From Nitrososphaerota archaeon (lineage in GTDB: Archaea > Thermoproteota > Nitrososphaeria > Nitrososphaerales > UBA57): 13,365 nt of DNA. How positions within the stretch are numbered: position 1 is the stretch's first letter; every line of letters starts with the position of its first letter. A program made the translations under genes and the position numbers. The stretch covers positions 1-13,365 of the forward strand of contig JACAFS010000029.1 in assembly GCA_013378385.1 (NCBI GenBank), read 5' to 3'. Positions 12,943-13,365 of this stretch are shown here, piece by piece. Under the pieces are notes generated by a model. That model saw only the letters and a program-made list of their open reading frames with translations. It was not told where the DNA came from and searched no databases.

Positions 12943-13365
12943 ATGAGCGATTATCCTCTTATTTCACAATTGAAGGAAGCTTCTGACTATGACAAAATCT
13001 TTAATCTTGTTAAACGCACAGTTGAAAAAACAATTTCTAGAAGACGTGCTGGTCTTTCATTAGTTCTAACAGAAATTCCTAATCATATCGGCGCGTATTT
13101 CGTAGAAGGCGGCAATAACATCTACATGAATATAACCATACTCAATGCAATGAAACAACTTACAACAACAAAGGAGGAATTCAATTCATTCGTTTACTCC
13201 ATCCTTACCCATGAATACCTGCATTCTCTAGGCTATTCTGAAGAGACCGTCGTCAGACCTCTCGTCAAGAAGATCTGCGAGGAGCATTTCGGCCCAGGCC
13301 ATATTACTTCAACGATATCAAGCCATGAGCTATATTCCATCTATCCCAAGCTCAGAAACCTGGGA
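12943..13365 (+). CDS. Hypothetical protein with an HExxH zinc-metallopeptidase-like motif (3' end outside the window)
   Basis: The frame is open from ATG 12943 to the window edge (141 codons): MSDYPLISQLKEASDYDKIFNLVKRTVEK...SILTHEYLHSLGYSEE... It contains HEYLH followed by G three residues later. I recognise no family. It is absent from the ORF track because it runs off the end. Confidence 0.5.
   Translation, partial: MSDYPLISQLKEASDYDKIFNLVKRTVEKTISRRRAGLSLVLTEIPNHIGAYFVEGGNNIYMNITILNAMKQLTTTKEEFNSFVYSILTHEYLHSLGYSEETVVRPLVKKICEEHFGPGHITSTISSHELYSIYPKLRNLG

Noticed and set aside
1-13365. CRISPR arrays, tandem repeats, rRNA genes, insertion sequences or recognisable defence/toxin-antitoxin genes.
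   Set aside because: Reading both strands, I saw no regularly spaced direct repeats, no long terminal inverted repeats and no such gene families. The window is mostly housekeeping and transport genes.

Overview
The window is AT-rich, tightly packed archaeal chromosome. Spacers range from -4 to 77 nt, with a few outliers. Archaeal signs are an intron-containing class II tRNA, TATA-box promoters with short or absent leaders, an Nre-family protein and an Mtd homolog. By inference only, it resembles a streamlined marine thaumarchaeon (Nitrosopumilales-like). No database or HMM search was possible, so every product call rests on motifs read in the translations.

I support 18 coding regions:
- One-carbon and purine enzymes: PurN, FolD, an Mtd-family dehydrogenase and SHMT.
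- A DJ-1/PfpI protein.
- A NikR-like regulator, followed in the same orientation by an ECF S-component-like membrane protein and a DUF4430-like anchored protein.
- A divergent ZnuC/ZnuB-type ABC pair with no binding-protein gene in the window.
- A 37-codon CxxC mini-ORF and an Nre-family protein with a PIP box.
- Three exported or anchored proteins, one CBM9/DOMON-like and one CAP/SCP-like.
- Hsp20 and a 3'-truncated HExxH protein.

I also call a 110-nt tRNA-Ser(CGA) with intron(s), a decayed Rossmann-fold gene fragment beside it, two TATA boxes, two operator-like palindrome sets and one hairpin-plus-oligo-T terminator.

No CRISPR array, transposase, integrase or recognisable defence genes were seen. 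The most interesting leads are:
- The NikR / S-component / DUF4430 operon back-to-back with the binding-protein-less ABC-3 importer, which share a repeated TAACTA/TAGTTA operator motif.
- The Mtd homolog head-to-head with FolD inside a folate-type gene neighbourhood.
- An outlier 155-nt spacer with GC-rich, mutually exclusive hairpins upstream of glyA.
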